A program made the position numbers and the translations under genes. Shown piece after piece: positions 8,751 to 17,255 of a DNA stretch of 36,059 bases (the first letter of the stretch is position 1; the number at the start of each line of letters is the position of its first letter). The notes below the pieces were generated by a model that saw only the letters and a list, made by a program, of their open reading frames with translations, did not search any database and had not been told where the DNA came from. Source of the stretch: Patescibacteria group bacterium (GTDB taxonomy: Bacteria; Patescibacteriota; Minisyncoccia; UBA6257; HR35); the NCBI GenBank assembly GCA_030550735.1, contig JAUQOT010000002.1:1-36059 (forward strand), in the 5' to 3' direction.

Positions 8751-10486
8751 TTCTTTTTGATACTTTCCAAATACTTTAAAAATTCTTTAAGAGGAAGAGT
8801 ATTTAAAATATCTTTTCTTGTTGCCCAACCTCTTCTTGCTTGAGCAACACCTAAGTCTAAAAACTGGAGATGTAAAACAGAGTGAGCATCGGTATCAATA
8901 ACCATTTTTACTCCAGCTTCAACACATTTTTTGATATGTTCATCCTTTAAATCTAATCTATCTGGATAAGCATCAATTTCCAAAATTTTATTATTTTTTT
9001 TAGCAAAATCAATTATTTCATCAATATCAACTTCATAAGCAGGTCTTTTGTTAATAATTCTTCCAGTTGGATGAAAAAGACAATGAACATTAGGATTACT
9101 TAAAGCTTTTTTAATTCTCTCAGTTTGTTCTTTTCTTGGTAAATTAAAATGGCTATGTACAGCAACGCCAACAAAATCTAACTTGGCTAAAACTTCATCA
9201 CTTAAATCCAAACTTCCATCTTTATTTATATTAACTTCAGCTCCTTTTAAAATAGTTATCTTACCTCTATATTTTTTATTTAGTTTATCTATTTCTTCAA
9301 TTTGTTTTAGTAATCTTTTTTCATCTAAACCTCCAGCAACCGCTAAAGATTTTGTATGATCAGTAATACAAATATACTCTAAGCCTAATTTAATTGCTTC
9401 TTCGACCATTTCTTCAATTGAATTTTGACCATCACTCCAATTTGTCTGAACTTGTAAATCGCCCCTTATCGATCCATATTCGATTAGTTTTGGTAATTTA
9501 TGTTCGAGAGCCAATTGAATTTCACCTCGATTTTCTCTCATTTCTGGAGGTATCCACTCAAGTCCCAATTTTTCATAAATTTCTTCTTCGGTTCTTCCAG
9601 CAATTCTTTTTTCATTTTTATCAAAAAGTCCATATTCATTAAGCTTAAAACCCTTCTTTATAGCTAGTTCCCTCATTTGAATATTATGATCCTTTGAACC
9701 AGTAAAATAAGCAAGAGCTGCTCCAAAACTTTCTTCAGGAACAACTCTTAAATCAGCATCTAAACCAATTTTTAATCTGACATTTGTTTTTGTTGGTCCT
9801 TTAGCATAAACATGTTCTACACCTTCAAAATTTACAAAATAATCCATTAATTTCTCTGGTTTATCAGAAACAGCTAAAATATCAATATCACCAATTGTTT
9901 CTTTTCTTCGTCTATATGAACCAGCAGGCACAACCTCTTTAGCTAAACCACTTTCTTTCAAATAATTAACCAATTCCTCAACTGCTGGAATAATAAAACC
10001 TAAAATAGCTCGTTGTCCACCCTGTTTATAAAATTGAATCCCCTTTAAAATTTTTTCTTCACTTTTCTCGCCAAATCCAGGAAGTCTTCTAATTTTGTGT
10101 TCTAAGCAAGCTTTTTCTAAATCTTCAATCGTTTTAATTCCTAAAGCTTTATAAAGTTTATAAACTATTTTTGGTCCAACTCCTTCAATACTTGTTAAAG
10201 TTTCAACATCAACTGGCACCTCTTTTTTTAATTCTTCAAGTTCTTTAATTTTTCCAGTTTTTAAATATTCAATAATTTTTTCTGCAATTGACTCTCCAAC
10301 TCCTGGTAAATTTTTCAGCCCCTCTTTTCCTTTCTTTTTTACAAAATCTTCAATATCTTCATCTAAAGCTTCAATAGAATAGGCTGCTTTTTCATAAGCT
10401 TGAGGCTTAAAAGAAACTCCTTTCATCTCCAAATAAATCGCCATCATCCTAAGTAGTTTAGCAACTTCAGGATTTTTCATTTTCAT
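8747..10486 (-). CDS. polX: DNA polymerase X with C-terminal PHP domain
   Basis: HhH motifs (LPGVGE, GVGPK, PGFGEK), GSYRRRKETIGDIDIL, YFTGSKDHN, LNEYGLF, PPEMRE, PHP motifs TDH, HPTGR, DTDAH. Confidence 0.95.
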   Translation of the reverse strand: MKMKNPEVAKLLRMMAIYLEMKGVSFKPQAYEKAAYSIEALDEDIEDFVKKKGKEGLKNLPGVGESIAEKIIEYLKTGKIKELEELKKEVPVDVETLTSIEGVGPKIVYKLYKALGIKTIEDLEKACLEHKIRRLPGFGEKSEEKILKGIQFYKQGGQRAILGFIIPAVEELVNYLKESGLAKEVVPAGSYRRRKETIGDIDILAVSDKPEKLMDYFVNFEGVEHVYAKGPTKTNVRLKIGLDADLRVVPEESFGAALAYFTGSKDHNIQMRELAIKKGFKLNEYGLFDKNEKRIAGRTEEEIYEKLGLEWIPPEMRENRGEIQLALEHKLPKLIEYGSIRGDLQVQTNWSDGQNSIEEMVEEAIKLGLEYICITDHTKSLAVAGGLDEKRLLKQIEEIDKLNKKYRGKITILKGAEVNINKDGSLDLSDEVLAKLDFVGVAVHSHFNLPRKEQTERIKKALSNPNVHCLFHPTGRIINKRPAYEVDIDEIIDFAKKNNKILEIDAYPDRLDLKDEHIKKCVEAGVKMVIDTDAHSVLHLQFLDLGVAQARRGWATRKDILNTLPLKEFLKYLESIKKK

Positions 10487-10544
10487 AATAAAAAATTAAG
10501 AAGTTGATAAAAATCTATGTTTTTAGCAAGTTTTTTGTAATTAA

Positions 10545-12221
10545 CTATTCATTATTAATTGTTGGATCAACCCAAGATAAATTAGCAAAAAATCTTATTA
10601 TTCCTATCTCTTCCTTATCGTAATTTTCTAAAGCTATACCTATTGTTCTTCCTGGTTTTGTCATTTTCATAGCTACTCCAGGAATATTAGAAGCTGTTAA
10701 GAAATCACCCCTTTTTATCTCACCATTAATTGTTGAAACTTTTACTTTGAAATATCCATAGATACCAAGCGGTTTATAAAAATAAGATTTTTTTATTCCA
10801 GAAGCTCCTTTTTCTTCATTTGTCACAACGCCCATTATGAGAGAACTATAAGGTTTATTAGCTTTCTTTAAAACAAAAGGAGCCTCATCATCTTTTATAG
10901 GATTTTCTAATTCACTAATCATAACCACATCTCCTTCTTCAACATTTTCTTCCATTGGTGCATATTCTGCATCTGAACTACAAGTAGAAAGTGCATTGTA
11001 TTGATTGTGACATACGTGGCGAGTAGAAGGAGTAGAAACTAATATGGTTGCTATTCCAGTATCAGCAATTAAAGAAGTATTTCTAAGATGAATACCGGCA
11101 TCAGTAAATGTTTCAATATATTCATTTGGATTATTTGGGTTAACTATAGTAAATACAGAACCAGGATTCTGGGTGTGAATACCAACTCTACCAGAAGGAG
11201 TTAAAACTAGGGGCTGAATCCAGTTAGAACCGTTATAATACCAAAATGCTAAACTCCCTTGCTGATTACTTAGACTACCTCTATAACCTATATGCCAATA
11301 ATTAACCGTTTCATCTGCTTTTAGATTAAAACCAGAGGCAGAATATTGGTTAGTTAAAGAGCCTTTGACTTGAATAAAACTTCTTACATCTAATTTTGCT
11401 TCCGGTGCCGTCGTCCCGATGCCGACGTTGCCAGATTCAATTACGAAAGGATAGTTTCCACCATCACTACCAAAAAATCCAGAGAAACATTTATACCCAG
11501 AAGGACAAGATTTTACCCAACCGACTACTCCATAAGCCCTATTATATGGTCCGCTTTGCTGCGCTAATACTCCACCCAAATACCAATCAGTTTCAGAACT
11601 GTTTACTAATAAACCGTGAACTCCGTTTCTGTAGCCACTGACACTTGTTGCTCCTAATTCTTTAACTGTGCCTTGTATGTTATATAATCTTTTTGTATTA
11701 TCAACCGGAGTAGGATCATAAACCATCAATCCAAAAGCATCATTATTAGCTCCACTACCCCATGGTGAATTTATAGGCGAAACAATCGTATCTTCAACAA
11801 CCAATTTTGCTCTTTGTGGATTCGTCGTCCCGATGCCGACGTTGCCACCTGCTGGATTTATTACTAAATTATTGGGTCCAAAAGCCGAAGAGACACCTTG
11901 TATAAATGGCGCTCCGCCATATGCATCTTCATTACCAATATAGACACCAGTTTTAGAGCCACTAATATATCCAAATACAGATTGTCCAGCCACATGCAAT
12001 TTTTGACCCGGTGCTGTCGTCCCGATGCCAACGCTTCCGGATGTAACTAAAAAATTACCAGAACTAACTCTAGTAGTTGTAATTATATTTAAACCGCTTG
12101 AATCAGTTTGAAGAACGCCACCACCTTGAGGTGGATTTTGAGTTGGATTTACCCAAGCATAAATTAAATAAATACTACTTAAACTTAATCCTAATATAAA
12201 ACCCCAAAAAATTTTTTTCAT
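10545..12221 (-). CDS. Secreted/surface modular fibre-like protein with G(N/S)VGIGTT.P repeats and a C-terminal peptidase G2/intramolecular chaperone-like domain
   Basis: Signal peptide then AWVNPTQNPP; repeats GSVGIGTTAP, GNVGIGTTNP, GNVGIGTTAP, GRVGIHTQNP; C-terminal GDVV..MGVV..VKVSTINGEIKRGDFLTAS.IPGVAMK..IGIALE. Confidence 0.75.
   Translation of the reverse strand: MKKIFWGFILGLSLSSIYLIYAWVNPTQNPPQGGGVLQTDSSGLNIITTTRVSSGNFLVTSGSVGIGTTAPGQKLHVAGQSVFGYISGSKTGVYIGNEDAYGGAPFIQGVSSAFGPNNLVINPAGGNVGIGTTNPQRAKLVVEDTIVSPINSPWGSGANNDAFGLMVYDPTPVDNTKRLYNIQGTVKELGATSVSGYRNGVHGLLVNSSETDWYLGGVLAQQSGPYNRAYGVVGWVKSCPSGYKCFSGFFGSDGGNYPFVIESGNVGIGTTAPEAKLDVRSFIQVKGSLTNQYSASGFNLKADETVNYWHIGYRGSLSNQQGSLAFWYYNGSNWIQPLVLTPSGRVGIHTQNPGSVFTIVNPNNPNEYIETFTDAGIHLRNTSLIADTGIATILVSTPSTRHVCHNQYNALSTCSSDAEYAPMEENVEEGDVVMISELENPIKDDEAPFVLKKANKPYSSLIMGVVTNEEKGASGIKKSYFYKPLGIYGYFKVKVSTINGEIKRGDFLTASNIPGVAMKMTKPGRTIGIALENYDKEEIGIIRFFANLSWVDPTINNE
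11409..11433. repeat. GC-rich intragenic direct repeat, copy A
   Basis: cgtcgtcccgatgccgacgttgcca, identical to 11823-11847. Confidence 0.95.
11823..11847. repeat. GC-rich intragenic direct repeat, copy B
   Basis: cgtcgtcccgatgccgacgttgcca, 25/25 identity with copy A. Confidence 0.95.
12008..12038. repeat. GC-rich intragenic direct repeat, copy C
   Basis: ccggtgctgtcgtcccgatgccaacgcttcc, 27/31 identity with 11402-11432. Confidence 0.9.
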
Positions 12222-12282
12222 AACTTAAATTTATTATCATTAAAAATTTTCAAAAAATCAAATTAGAAAACAATCGAAAATA

Positions 12283-12291
12283 TGGTAAAAT
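12283..12291 (+). promoter_or_regulatory. Putative extended -10 promoter (TGGTAAAAT) for gyrB
   Basis: TGnTAAAAT 41 nt upstream of the ATG. Confidence 0.4.
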
Positions 12292-12332
12292 TAAGTTGAT
12301 AATTAAAAATTTTTTATAAAAATTTTTTTATT

Positions 12333-15300
12333 ATGGTTAATAAAGCTTCCGAAGATTATAAAGCAGAACACATTCAAGTTTTAGAAGGAATAGAAGCTGT
12401 CAGAAAAAGACCAGGAATGTATATTGGTGGTACAGGAATTGAAGGATTGCATCATTTAATTTGGGAAGTTTTAAATAATTCAGTTGATGAAGCTTTAGCT
12501 GGTTATGCGAAAAACATTGAAGTGGTTATTGAAAATGAAAACAGAGTAAGAATTACTGATGATGGGAGGGGTATTCCAGTTGATATTCATCCTAAAACTA
12601 AAAAATCTGCTCTGGAAACAGTTTTGACAATGCTTCATGCTGGAGGTAAATTTTCTCATAAAGTTTATAAAGTTTCTGGTGGTCTTCATGGAGTTGGAGT
12701 AAGTGTCGTGAACGCTCTTTCTAGATATCTTAAAGCAATTGTTAAAAGAGATGGTTTTGAATGGAAGCAAGAGTATAAAAAGGGAAAACCGATAACCGAG
12801 TTAGAAAAAGGGAAAAAAACAGAAGATACAGGAACAACAATTATTTTTGAACCTGATCCAGAAATTTTTGCCGAAATAAAATTTGACAGACAAAAAATTT
12901 TAGAATATATAAGACACCAAGCCTATCTTACACCCAGCGTAAGGTTTAATTTTCAAGACAAAAGAGAAGATCCACCTTTTGTTTATAGTTTTTATTTCGA
13001 ACAAGGGCTGAAAGTTTTTTTAAAGCATCTTTTAAACGGAAGACATCCTTTATTTGAGGAAATCATTTATATTTCTTCGAAAGGAGAAAATTATGAACTT
13101 GATATTGCCTTTACTTATTTAGAACATCAAGAATCAATTGAATATGTTTTTACTAATAATATTATTAATCCCGAAGGAGGAACCCATCTTTTAGGTTTTC
13201 GAAGTGCTTTAGTTAAATCGTTTACAAAATTAGGAGAAGAACTTGGAGTTTTCAAAAACAAGAGCATTAATTTAACAACAGAAGATATTCGTGGTGGTTT
13301 AGTTTTAGTTTTATCTCTTAGAATTCCTGAACCGCAATTTGAAGGACAAACAAAAGCTAAACTTGGTAATCCTGAAATAAAAAGTTTAGTTGAAAATATC
13401 GTTTCTCAAGAATTGGAAGAATGGTGTCATAAAAACATTGAAAAAACAAAATTAATTTTAAATAGAATTTTAACTAATTTTGAAGCAAGAAAAGCTGCTA
13501 AAGAAGCTAAAGAAGCTGTTTTTAAAAAAAGAATTCAAACTGGATTAACGCTTTCAGGAAAATTAGCTGATTGTTCTTCCAGAAATCCAGAAGAAAGAGA
13601 ACTTTTTATTGTTGAAGGAGAATCAGCTGGTGGTTCAGCGAAACAGGGAAGAGATAGAAAATTTCAAGCAGTTTTACCTCTAAGAGGTAAAATTTTAAAT
13701 GTTGAGAAAGCAAATTTAGTAAAAATTTTTAAATCTGAAGAAATTAGAAACTTAATTATTGCTCTCGGAACAGGTTTGGGAAAAGATTTTAATTTAGAAA
13801 ATCTTCGCTATTCAAAAATAATAATTGCCACTGATGCTGATAGTCTTACTCCAGAAATACCAATCTTAATTTATGACAAAAAAGAAAAACTTTTAAGAAA
13901 AGTTAAAATTGGAGAATTTGTTGAGAGTGATTTAAAAGACACAGAAGATTATCAAGTTGTTGCTTATGACTTTAAAAAGAAGAAATTTGTTTTTCAAGAT
14001 GTTTATCAAACAATTAGACATCCCCTAAGAAATTCTCTTTATGAAATTAAAACTCAATATGGTTATACAATTAAAGTTACTGCTGATCATAGCCTCTTTG
14101 TTTATCGTGATGGTAAATTTATAACTTTGCCAACCCATAAAATTAAAAAAGGAGATAGATTAATCTTCCCTCTTGTTTTACCTATTCCTCGGAGAAAAAT
14201 TGTTTTAAATTTAGAAGAAGAAATTAAAAATTCAGAAGAAAAAGAAAGGATTCAAGTTAAATTCAAAACTTATAAATATTTAACTCCTAATTCTTGGGTT
14301 AATTTAAGCTACAGTGATTTTCAAAAATTAAAAGAAAAAAGAATAATGGCTGGAATTTCGAAAGAAAAGATGGCCCAAGTGTTGAATATTTATCCAGCTA
14401 TTTTGCAACAATGGGAAGAAAAAATTGATAACGTAATGCCCAAATTAGACATTTTTCAAAATTATTTGAAGATTCTCGGTGAAGAAAAAATTTTACAAGA
14501 AGCAGAGTTTTTTGTACCTTTAACAGAACTCAAAGAAGAAATAAAAAATGCTGAATATTATTTAAATAATCATTCACGAAAAATTCAAACAAAATTTGTT
14601 TTAGATGAAAAATTAGCTTATCTTTTAGGTTGGTTCATTGGTGGTGGCTGTTTTTCACCGGAGAAAGAAAACCTAAATAGGTTTATGATTTGTTTAGGTC
14701 AAGATAAAGAATTCTATTTAAGAAGAATTAAAAAAATAATTAAAGATGTTTTAAGGGCAAAACCGATTTTAGAAAAAAGAAAAGAAAGCATTAATCTACA
14801 TTTTCACTCTTATGAATTTAAGTTAATTCTTAAAAAATTAAATCTTCTTGGTAAAAAATCTTTTGAAAAATTTATTCCCCCAGAAATTTTAACTTCGCCC
14901 AAAAGTGTTCAAAAAGCATTTCTGAAAGGTTATTTAGAAAGTGATGGCAGTATAATAGCTAAAAACAGAGATTATAAAATTTATTTCACAACTACCTCTC
15001 GAGATCTTCAAGAGGATTTAATTATTCTTTTTAGAAGTTTCGGCATTTTTCCTCGTATTAATTCAAGATTTTCTAAAGATCATTATCGGAAAGATGGAGT
15101 TTTAATTTCAAGTCAAAAACCTAGATATGTTATCACTATTTCTGGAATTGAAAATTTAAGAAAAATTAGAGATATTTGGAAAAATCATAAAAATGCTAAA
15201 AAATTAGAAGAATATCTTAAAAGATTTAGCAAGAATTATAGAAATAAAAAGTTTCTTAAATATTTGGGACCCAATAAGACAATTCTTCTACCAATTGTTT

Positions 15301-15815
15301 CCATTAAAAAAATTAAACCAGATAATCCCTTTGTTTATGATATTTCAGTAAAAGTTAATGAAAATTTTTTAGCTTCACCAGCCGGAATTTTAGTTCATAA
15401 TACTGATGGTTCTCATATTAGAACCCTTCTTTTAACTCTTTTTTATCGTTATTTAAGACCTATTATTGAAAATGGACATCTTTATATAGCTCAACCGCCT
15501 TTGTATAAAATTCAAAAAGGAAAAGAAATTTTTTATGCTTACAGCGATAATGAAAAAGAAGAAATTTTGAAAAATTTAGCAAAAAAAGGAAAAGAAAATA
15601 TTAATGTTCAGCGTTACAAAGGTTTAGGAGAAATGAACCCTGAAGAACTTTGGGAAACAACTCTAAATCCCCAAAAAAGAGTTTTAAAACAAGTTACAAT
15701 TAAAGATGCTGAAGAGGCGGATAGATTATTTACAATTTTAATGGGCGGAGATGTTGAACCACGAAGAAAATTTATTGAAAAATACGCTATCCAGGTTAAA
15801 GATCTTGATATTTAA
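12333..15815 (+). CDS. gyrB: DNA gyrase subunit B precursor containing an intein (mature protein about 640 aa)
   Basis: EAVRKRPGMYIG, DDGRGIP, SGGLHGVGVSVVNALS, VEGESAGGSAKQGR, PLRGKILN, ATDAD/TDGSHI, RYKGLGEMNP. Confidence 0.97.
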   Translation: MVNKASEDYKAEHIQVLEGIEAVRKRPGMYIGGTGIEGLHHLIWEVLNNSVDEALAGYAKNIEVVIENENRVRITDDGRGIPVDIHPKTKKSALETVLTMLHAGGKFSHKVYKVSGGLHGVGVSVVNALSRYLKAIVKRDGFEWKQEYKKGKPITELEKGKKTEDTGTTIIFEPDPEIFAEIKFDRQKILEYIRHQAYLTPSVRFNFQDKREDPPFVYSFYFEQGLKVFLKHLLNGRHPLFEEIIYISSKGENYELDIAFTYLEHQESIEYVFTNNIINPEGGTHLLGFRSALVKSFTKLGEELGVFKNKSINLTTEDIRGGLVLVLSLRIPEPQFEGQTKAKLGNPEIKSLVENIVSQELEEWCHKNIEKTKLILNRILTNFEARKAAKEAKEAVFKKRIQTGLTLSGKLADCSSRNPEERELFIVEGESAGGSAKQGRDRKFQAVLPLRGKILNVEKANLVKIFKSEEIRNLIIALGTGLGKDFNLENLRYSKIIIATDADSLTPEIPILIYDKKEKLLRKVKIGEFVESDLKDTEDYQVVAYDFKKKKFVFQDVYQTIRHPLRNSLYEIKTQYGYTIKVTADHSLFVYRDGKFITLPTHKIKKGDRLIFPLVLPIPRRKIVLNLEEEIKNSEEKERIQVKFKTYKYLTPNSWVNLSYSDFQKLKEKRIMAGISKEKMAQVLNIYPAILQQWEEKIDNVMPKLDIFQNYLKILGEEKILQEAEFFVPLTELKEEIKNAEYYLNNHSRKIQTKFVLDEKLAYLLGWFIGGGCFSPEKENLNRFMICLGQDKEFYLRRIKKIIKDVLRAKPILEKRKESINLHFHSYEFKLILKKLNLLGKKSFEKFIPPEILTSPKSVQKAFLKGYLESDGSIIAKNRDYKIYFTTTSRDLQEDLIILFRSFGIFPRINSRFSKDHYRKDGVLISSQKPRYVITISGIENLRKIRDIWKNHKNAKKLEEYLKRFSKNYRNKKFLKYLGPNKTILLPIVSIKKIKPDNPFVYDISVKVNENFLASPAGILVHNTDGSHIRTLLLTLFYRYLRPIIENGHLYIAQPPLYKIQKGKEIFYAYSDNEKEEILKNLAKKGKENINVQRYKGLGEMNPEELWETTLNPQKRVLKQVTIKDAEEADRLFTILMGGDVEPRRKFIEKYAIQVKDLDI
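13842..15401 (+). mobile_element. Intein (520 aa) with an Xre-like HTH and a DOD/LAGLIDADG homing endonuclease region
   Basis: Block A SLTPEIPILI, block B VTADHSLF, LAGLIDADG-like LAYLLGWFIGGG and FLKGYLESDGS, block F VYDISV..NENF, block G ILVHN followed by Thr+1. Confidence 0.93.
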
Positions 15816-16347
15816 AGAATATACTTATCTTTTCTCTCTTTTTTTTATTCTTTTTCTTTTTGTTTTTAAAAGTTATTCGAATTTTATTTTAATACCCTTA
15901 ATTTTTTTTAGTCTTTTATCTTCTTGGTATTTTCGGGGTTCATTTTTACAAGGTTTTCTTTATCTTTTGTTTGTTTTAATTTTTTATTTTTTTTTAGAAA
16001 ATCTTAATTTTTGGTGGCTATCTTTATTTCTCTTTATATCTTATTTTTATTTCAAAAAAATTAAAAATCTCGAACATTTAATATTTCTTTTCATTATTTC
16101 TTTTCTTTTCGCTTTCCTTTACAATAAACCAACATCTTTTAGTTTTGTTTTAATTTTTATTTTTCTTTTTAATCTTTATTATCTTTTAGTTTTCTTTAAA
16201 AAGAACATATTTTTTTCTTTAATTTTTTCTTTTATTTTTTCCGAGTTTCTTTTGGTTTCTTTTCTTCTTCAATCAGTTTTGCTTTTTATCCCTTTTCTTT
16301 TAGTTTTCTATTTTCTTTCTTTTTTGTTTTTGCCTAAAGGGGTTTAA
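15751..16347 (+). CDS. Hypothetical polytopic membrane protein (start uncertain)
   Basis: Very hydrophobic F/L-rich ORF filling the gyrB-clpP gap; the annotated start overlaps gyrB by 65 nt. Confidence 0.55.
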   Translation: MLNHEENLLKNTLSRLKILIFKEYTYLFSLFFILFLFVFKSYSNFILIPLIFFSLLSSWYFRGSFLQGFLYLLFVLIFYFFLENLNFWWLSLFLFISYFYFKKIKNLEHLIFLFIISFLFAFLYNKPTSFSFVLIFIFLFNLYYLLVFFKKNIFFSLIFSFIFSEFLLVSFLLQSVLLFIPFLLVFYFLSFLFLPKGV

Positions 16348-16351
16348 ATTA

Positions 16352-16360
16352 TGTTATAAT
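16352..16360 (+). promoter_or_regulatory. Putative extended -10 promoter (TGTTATAAT) for clpP
   Basis: Perfect TGnTATAAT 16 nt upstream of the ATG. Confidence 0.55.
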
Positions 16361-16376
16361 TAAAATAATTAAAATA

Positions 16377-17000
16377 ATGAAGGAAGAGAATTTTAAAAAC
16401 CAACTTATTCCGATTGTTATTGAAAAAACGCAACATGGTGAGAGAGCATACGATATTTACTCAAGACTTTTGAAAGAAAGAATAATTTTTTTAGGAACCC
16501 CAATTGATGATAATGTTGCTAATTTAGTAATTGCTCAACTCCTTTTTTTAGAACATGAAGATCCAGAAAAGGATATTTATCTTTATATTAATAGCCCTGG
16601 AGGAAGCGTTGAAGCTGCTTTAGCTATTTATGATACGATGCAATTTGTGAAACCGGATGTTCAAACAATTGGTATAGGTTCAGTTGCTTCTGCTGCTGCT
16701 CTTCTTTTAGCCGCTGGAGCTCGTAATAAAAGAGCCTGTCTTCCTAATACCCAAATTTTAATTCATCAAGTATATGTTTCTTCTCCGGGAATAGCTGGTC
16801 AAGTAAAAGATGTCGAAATTACAACTAAGCAGTTAATTAAAATTAAAAATAAAGTTAATGAGATTTTAGCCCAACATACAGGTCAACCATTCGAGAAAAT
16901 TGAAAAAGATACTGAGAGAGATTTTTGGATGTCAGCCGAAGAAGCAAAACAATATGGATTAATTGATAAAATAATTTACAAAAGAGAGATGCGGGCGTAG
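16377..17000 (+). CDS. clpP: ATP-dependent Clp protease proteolytic subunit
   Basis: [22 protein letters not shown], catalytic Ser (VASAA), His (IHQ), Asp (ERDFW). Confidence 0.97.
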   Translation: MKEENFKNQLIPIVIEKTQHGERAYDIYSRLLKERIIFLGTPIDDNVANLVIAQLLFLEHEDPEKDIYLYINSPGGSVEAALAIYDTMQFVKPDVQTIGIGSVASAAALLLAAGARNKRACLPNTQILIHQVYVSSPGIAGQVKDVEITTKQLIKIKNKVNEILAQHTGQPFEKIEKDTERDFWMSAEEAKQYGLIDKIIYKREMRA

Positions 17001-17064
17001 TTCAGTTGGATAGAACGCCGGCCTGTCACGCCGGAGGTCGCCGGTTCGAGTCCGGTCGCCCGCG
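16991..17064 (+). tRNA. tRNA-Asp(GTC)
   Basis: GCGGGCG/CGCCCGC-G73, CCGGC-CTGTCAC-GCCGG, TTCGAGT; overlaps the last 10 nt of clpP. Confidence 0.96.
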
Positions 17065-17069
17065 CAATT

Positions 17070-17141
17070 GGGCAGGTAGCTCAGTGGTAGAGCGCCGTCC
17101 TGATAAGACGGAGGTCGTAGGTTCGATCCCTACCCTGCCCA
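17070..17141 (+). tRNA. tRNA-Ile(GAT)
   Basis: GGGCAGG/CCTGCCC, CCGTC-CTGATAA-GACGG, GTAGG-TTCGATC-CCTAC. Confidence 0.96.
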
Positions 17142-17150
17142 TAAAATTCT

Positions 17151-17236
17151 GCCCGGGTGGCGGAATTGGCAGACGCAGCAGACTTAAAATCTGCTGGGGC
17201 GAAGTCCCCGTGAGGGTTCGACTCCCTCCCCGGGCA
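17151..17236 (+). tRNA. tRNA-Leu(TAA)
   Basis: GCCCGGG/CCCGGGC, GCAGA-CTTAAAA-TCTGC, long variable arm GGGGC-GAA-GTCCC. Confidence 0.96.
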
Positions 17237-17255
17237 CAAAATAAATAAACTTTTA

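Noticed and set aside
11402..12038. Repeats read as a CRISPR array or DGR template/variable pair
   Set aside because: Spacing of 192 and 414 bp is far too long and in frame; no cas or reverse transcriptase gene, and no long adenine-mismatched repeat pair seen
10545..12221. Prophage remnant (tail-fibre-like gene)
   Set aside because: It has a signal peptide and no neighbouring phage genes, integrase or att sites
15820..16340. Extreme T-rich tract as a non-coding or structural element
   Set aside because: Explained by Phe/Leu/Ile codons of a membrane protein in an AT-rich genome
16349..16360. TTATGTTATAAT resembling the XerD arm of dif
   Set aside because: No XerC arm; better explained as the extended -10 of clpP
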